Source: Tubiluchus corallicola (Eukaryota > Animalia > Priapulida). Taken from it: a stretch of 64,000 nt of DNA. Location: assembly GCA_030141605.1 (NCBI GenBank), contig JAQGDQ010000075.1:496001-560000 (forward strand). The letters run 5' to 3'. The notes below the pieces were generated by a model. It was not told the DNA's origin and did not search any database. It saw only the letters and a program-made list of their open reading frames with translations. This document shows positions 58,063-64,000 of the stretch, piece after piece. Every line of letters begins with the position of its first letter. The first letter of the stretch is position 1. Both the position numbers and the translations under genes were made by a program.

Positions 58063-59389
58063 AGGCGTCATTTCCTGAAATACGTTTTGGACGAAGTACC
58101 AAATTCAACGAAGCTTGAGCAGTACATAGAAATACGATAGAAATACGGAGTTATTGAGTTTAACTTCTTTCTTCTTGCGATTACAGCATCGTCTATGGCA
58201 ACACCATCTAGTTCAGACCGGTTTATCAGCACCTGATTAAGGTTCCCTCATTAAAAGTGGCACGGACAGATGGATACGTCGAGTTTATCTGGAGTTTGTA
58301 GAGTAAGTGGTAATAAGGTGGCACTCATTTTTGTACAAAAACACTTCATAATTCACCGACACCGTGCATTAATTATGGGGCCTATTATAGTGGGCCCATA
58401 ATTATAAACAAAAAACTATAAGCAAATTAATTGCAAAATCCTCAAGCGGTAACGACTAAGTAAAGGAGAAATTTATTTGTGCAAAAATTTTTATATAATA
58501 ATCAAATGATCAAAAATGTTTAGATTAAAAACTGATCACAGCGAACAAAGTAAAGCAGTAATTTCGTTTCCCGTTGGTATTTTGCAATACCTAGAAAACC
58601 TACAAGAAACGTGCTAGCTAAATGGAATGCAATATTATTTTGAAACTGATGCTAAAACTTATGCATAAACAGCTATAGCACGTAATTGATCCGTTGTATA
58701 TTAATTACTATAATCATGTGTCCAACTGACTTTGCTACTTTATTTTTTGTACGTTTAGTCAGGCCCGCCATTGCGATAAATTTAAGTATTTTAATATTCA
58801 TAAAAAAACTGTGATGATTTGTAACTATACAATTATGTTAATTTCAGTTTATACAGATGATCATTACTATAGCAACAGTCGCGTAAATACAAAATTATAT
58901 ATCCAAATAATAAACACTTATAAAATCTAAGTTTTTCAATTGTAAAAGTTTACAAAGCGCATCTATCTACCACTTAATTTCATGATCGAAATATCCTAGC
59001 ACAATTTTAACGAAAGCTGAAATACTGTTCAATTTTTCTGGTAGATTTAAAAGATTAATTTTGTTTTCACGACAAGTATCTAACTATTTGCATCGCGATT
59101 ACTATATAAGATTCTTACTTATTATGAAGTCGACCAGAAACTACCAAACTACACAAAAACGCAAAAGCAAATTATCTAGGTCGCCATGTAGTACTATTTA
59201 TAAAATTTAACACATCTATAAAAAATCCTATAAGATACAATGCCAGTAGAAAATGTAGAAACGTAAACTCACGTTGTTATAGGTGTCGCTAAAAGCCCCT
59301 AAGTTAAATGCACTTTAACGTATAAACCATCAAGAGAACTTTAAAAACAGCTGTTAAACAAGTAGTCAACGAGTGTTTGCGTATTCTAC

Positions 59390-62300
59390 CTAAGCAAAAT
59401 ACTTTGTAGCCAAAAGGGCAACGAATACGACAAAAATGGAAACAGTCAAGCTGGCTGCTCCAGCACGGCAACTGTCTGGATCTGTCTCGTTCATTATCCG
59501 AATGAAGAGACCATTGTCGAAGTAATGGAAGTCGTTCCACCATGTTTCGTTATAAGGTAACTCCTCCAATTCATATGTTGTGTCAGTAAAGAAGGTGTCT
59601 GTAACGTTGTACGGGGAACCATACATGTTAAACGCACCTAAAATAGCAAAGCAGCATTATTTAGTTGAAGTACGACATGGTTTTTATATTCACCATTCGA
59701 AGATTTTACTCTTTAGTACAGGAATACTTTCGAAAAACAAAGTGGAAGTTAAAGATGTACAAGTTTTATCGTCATTTGTGGGATGAGATGTGAGATGATT
59801 TGTGATTATCGTCATTTGTGAGATGATTTTATCTCAATATAAAACCAATGTTTTAGTACGTCATTTTAAATATGTCACAAATTACAACTTCTATAGCCAG
59901 ATACTATTAAACTGCAAAAAAAGGTGTTCAGACATTGCGACATGCAGGATACTTCGCCACAAAACTTTTGGACACATGGGTTATTAGGACAGAAGATGCT
60001 TTCAACACATTTGTTCACAAGCTAGTCTTTTAGACACACAGATAATTTGCGTAGATTCCTTTGGACACTTATAGGCACGTTGGACACAAGGCACTTGGAC
60101 ACATAGTAATCTATTGATTTTTGGCCAATAGGTCCGATCAAACAACAAGCAACATACAACAAAATTTTACATACAAATGCGAACAAACTTCGCTACAACA
60201 CATTGAACAGTGACATCATGAGATTGCATCATACAAGTTAGTTTGTCATCAATATTTAAAAAGTAAAATTCTGGAATAGAACGTGTAATTATATTTACAA
60301 TGAAGTTCCGGGCAGTGTTATGTGTAGAGCAAAATAGAATAAAATGGCATTCGTCACCGATTCGTCACCGACTTCATTACACTTGGCACATAGACGCTCC
60401 TCTCGAGGAATACGAGGTCTTATATACCGCCCAGTTTCTATAAGCAGTGAGTGAGCGCTTGTTCTAAGCTTAATCAATGCAATATGATCTTTAACATTTT
60501 TTTCATTTACCAAAAAAGAAGTTTTAAATTTACTGTAAAAGGATAACTTTGACATTTCGGCTAGTGAATTTTTCCAATTGGTGACATAACTGTAATCTTC
60601 CTTCAGCAATATGCAAAGTATTCATATACAATAGCACTATATAATTTTCTAATAAAAACACTAGATTAATATCAGACAGTATTTTTGTTAGCCCTAGATA
60701 CCACGGTAAATTATATTGTTTAGACAAAATATAAGCTTCCTTGCACAGTCTATTATCTGGTGATAAAACTAAGCCTCAATCATATTTTACTTTTAAAGCT
60801 AAATATTTAGCCAAAACAATACAGTTTTGTGCCATACTGGCATTTTTCTTGGCATTGAATTTGGCTTTCATGACAAAAAGTTTGTCACGCATGACTGACT
60901 ATGCTTAATAATTTCACCAAGAAAGCCCTGAAGCTTTATTAACTGAAGCTAATTACTCTATGAAATTCAAACCAGCGTAACTTGCAAAAGGATAAAAGAG
61001 CTACGACAAGTGTGCACGACTTTTATCCTTTCACACACACGTTGGTATCTAGGAGTGAGTCATTCATTCCAGAGATATTTAAATAAGCTGCTTATTGTAT
61101 TATGATCGATTAATGATCGCGGGTTGATGAGTTCTCACAAAAGAGTCAAGTACATTGTTTTTGCGGAAACTATAAGTACATATATCAACACGCGGCGACG
61201 GCAACTATGGTGAGAATGCCCAGACTTATTAATAACTACGGCAACTGTGATTCTTCATCATACCCCAAACTTTACGAACTAAAAAGTTTTTTATCGCCCA
61301 CTTTGATAATTTGTTAAGAAAAATCTACCAGGAAAATTTTTTCTTCCAATGTTCATCGATTTATTTTAGTTAATAATTAATCACCTTTAGTCTGCACTGC
61401 GTTATTATCATTCTTAGAGTGCGGTTTCGCAGTTTAATTAGGGTGAAAAGGGGGCAGCAAGACGTCGCTCCGTTTCTGTTACAATCGCCGTACCGTGTCA
61501 TCGGTTGCAGCCAGCTACCGTCACCACATGCGGATACACTGTTGTGTTTTATGCAATAAACACAATATTGTTTCTCTTAAACTACCATGATTGTTTCTAT
61601 TTTGTGTACATTCTTTACAGTGTACATAGCTATCACCCTGCTTTTACCCAGAAAGGCATCCAGTCGGCAAGCAACATAGCCAGTACTATTTTCAGAGTAT
61701 TTGGAGCGACCAAATCAGAAATCTTAATTAATTCAGCTTTTAGGATTCTTGATGAACCATATAGCACTGTAGTTTTTTCGCAACCCCAACCTAACTACGA
61801 AGTAAAGTAGGCCAACCAGTTAAGTACATACGAAACTCAATCATTAAAGGAAAGTCACAACGAATATTAAAATGTAACGGTCCAAACCCCAGATAATTCA
61901 GTAACTCGCATTCTACTTGGCTGGTCTAACAAAACAAAACCTGGCCTACAGTACTGAGTTGTTTGGATAATTTGGGCAGTGGTTGGATAGTGACTAGGTT
62001 GTATGTTGGCACCTCTTGCCTCTCTTAGCCTGAGCCTATGGATTAGAGTTCTGTGGCAGACTGTAAGCTACCCACCGTTTCTGGCTTTATTTTTCTGCTA
62101 TTAATTCTGATATCAATTTACATCATGATCTAATATTACACTATTTCATGAGTTTTGCACTGATCTAGACTCTAAGGTCGAACAGAAAGTCTGGCATATC
62201 AAAGACACTGAACCGGTGCGTATTGCTGAGTTTTGACAGTAGTGCCACTGGGTCGGTGTGCCGACTGCAAAATTTTACCAGAAGATAAATCAGTAGCTAC

Positions 62301-62953
62301 CATAAAGATAACTGGTCGAAGGGCCGTACAGTCGCCGTGACGCTTTCATCAGCTCCAAGGTAATGGACCTGTCCTCCCACAGTTTATCATTCTGTGTGAC
62401 GATGCGGTTACTGGGTATCTTGCCCAAGTTGCAGCTAGACCACTGATTATATTCAGCAAACGCTGTTCCAGTTCTAAAATGATCATGAAAGTTAATTTAG
62501 ATAACCTGGCAACTAGATTACATTAGTTTTGTAGGATATCGACGTTATTATGGACCAACATGATAAATTTAGACGTGCACAGTCTCTGCGTTTATTGTTT
62601 CACTGCTTGGTCCACTGTCCGTTTATTCTCTTTCACAAATTGATCAACTGCAATACAGTTCTGTATGAATTTCTGTATGAAAACAAACAGTTTATTTACT
62701 AACTTAAATGTTTAAGTTTCGTAATATTGATGGGAAATCATCAGACGTTATTATGAAGAATGGTTAGTAATTAAATATATGCAGTGTCAGATGGCTAAAA
62801 AAATCTGTGCTTTTATCTTCTTACGGACAAAGTAGCTCAAATTCGCTTGGCATCAAATTCCACGCCCAGTCGTCCTCGTTTTCTCGATTGGTGTTTTCCT
62901 CTATTGTGGTGTGTTTGATGAAAGCCACATCACATTGTTGCTCTACCAATCCC
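59390..62953 (-). CDS. MELTF: Melanotransferrin-like GPI-anchored transferrin, last three exons (gene continues beyond the window)
   Basis: Exons 62825-62953 (GLVEQQCDVAFIKHTTIEENTNRENEDDWAWNLMPSEFELLCP), 62301-62473 (TGTAFAEYNQWSSCNLGKIPSNRIVT..) and 59390-59637 (FNMYGS..DTFFTDTT..SCRAGAASLTVSIFVVFVALLATKYFA*) join in phase. Transferrin lobe motifs plus a GPI-type hydrophobic tail. Confidence 0.85.
60110..60860 (-). mobile_element. LINE 3' fragment in the last transferrin intron
   Basis: KLSFYSKFKTSF..LIKLRTSAHSLLIETGRYIRPRIPREERLCAKCNEVGDE (ETGR/CCHC-type C-terminus); frameshifted upstream. Confidence 0.82.
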
Positions 62954-63146
62954 CTGTCAAATATGTATGATATGCTTTATGTGACACCTATTATACGCAT
63001 AGTTGGAAGAAGTGTTACATTTTTATCATACCTAACTCTGACTTCTACATTAATTTTCAACACGGACTTACTTCATAGAATTTTTTCACTCCATTATGGA
63101 GTTTACTTTCAATGAAAATTAAATGACAGTAACAATGTGTTGCTTT

Positions 63147-63900
63147 TCAATCAGAATCTTCTTCAGCGGATTCAGACTCTGAGCTAAAAGTTTTTTCATC
63201 AACCGGCTTGCCATTGAACTCTTCTTGATATTTTGCTATGATTTCGTGCATCACTGGGTAGTTGAGTTGTATTTCATTTGCCTTCCACATCCAGTGCCAC
63301 TGTGCCAGGCCAGTGCGCATCATTGCCTTCCTGGCAACAGTCATGCCATGTTCATCCTGCTAAGGCTTTACTTCATGTACAGAGTCGGCAGGCAGATTAC
63401 ATAATCCTTTGTGCTCAAGATCTGCGCTGCGCATTGCAACACAGACTATTTATATATCAGAAAAAGAGACGAAAAGTGCACTTTAAAATGAGTTTGTGTG
63501 AGACAATTTTTCCACACAGACCAATTAATTGCACAGACTAGTTACACCAAACACTGTAGTGAGTTTCTTGGCGTGGATTCATTTCGGTAGTACAGGACGG
63601 ATGCTGGCCGAGACTGAAATCATTGGATTTGCACGTACATTAGATGCAACATTGGGAAACAAACTGTGCCGTTCAGCTTCTCCATGCTGAGTAATGGGTT
63701 GTTCAAACTTACTACTACGGGTTGGGAACATCAACAGATTGCAAACGAAGTCAGCATATTATGTTCTTGTACGTATAAACAACATCTGCCTTTCTGGCAA
63801 TACTATCATTTTGGGGAAAAAGTGAATTATAACACGCATCAAAGAAGCATCATTGACTCCGTCGTAAATTAGTGACTCGCGTTTGTTGATTTAGATGTAA
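63147..63900 (-). mobile_element. Heavily decayed DNA-transposon-like coding remnant (possibly pogo/DDE_1 type) in a transferrin intron
   Basis: Fragmentary LQSVDV (compare QPLDV), DVRANPMISVSASIRPVLP, and a C-terminus EIQLNYPVMHEIIAKYQEEFNG followed by an acidic tail. Many stops. Confidence 0.4.
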
Positions 63901-64000
63901 AAAGTTATTCTGTAACTGAGTTGAAGTTGCTCAAAGCTAGGTTATATTAAACGCAACCCAAATGATTGTAGTATGTGCGTGGAATTCAAAGGCACCAAAC

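Overview
AT-rich, intron-containing animal genomic DNA, probably a marine invertebrate of spiralian type (taxon is inferred, not shown). I reconstructed six spliced genes by hand from GT-AG boundaries and exon phase. (1) A basigin/neuroplastin-like two-Ig membrane protein (+, 5' end uncertain). (2) A CHST8-14-family carbohydrate sulfotransferase (-). (3) A two-TM guanylyl cyclase with an extracellular NIT (nitrate/nitrite-sensing) domain (-). (4) A GAPR-1/GLIPR2-like CAP protein (-). (5) A B4GAT1-like GT49 glycosyltransferase (-). (6) The 3' part of a GPI-anchored melanotransferrin-like gene (-). Introns and intergenic DNA hold many decayed LINEs (one nested pair, one sitting inside a (GA)n tract), tRNA-derived SINEs, a small MITE, a ~245-bp tandem array and long microsatellites. 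The most striking observation is that the NIT-cyclase has lost most C1/alpha-type catalytic features (second metal Asp, GFT loop, gamma-phosphate Arg) while keeping every C2/beta-type residue, which suggests an obligate heterodimeric 'half-site' receptor subunit. Also notable: Gln in place of the conserved intramembrane Glu of the basigin-like protein, and two degenerate minimal hammerhead-ribozyme motifs in inverted orientation upstream of the cyclase. All calls come from manual reading; no searches were run.
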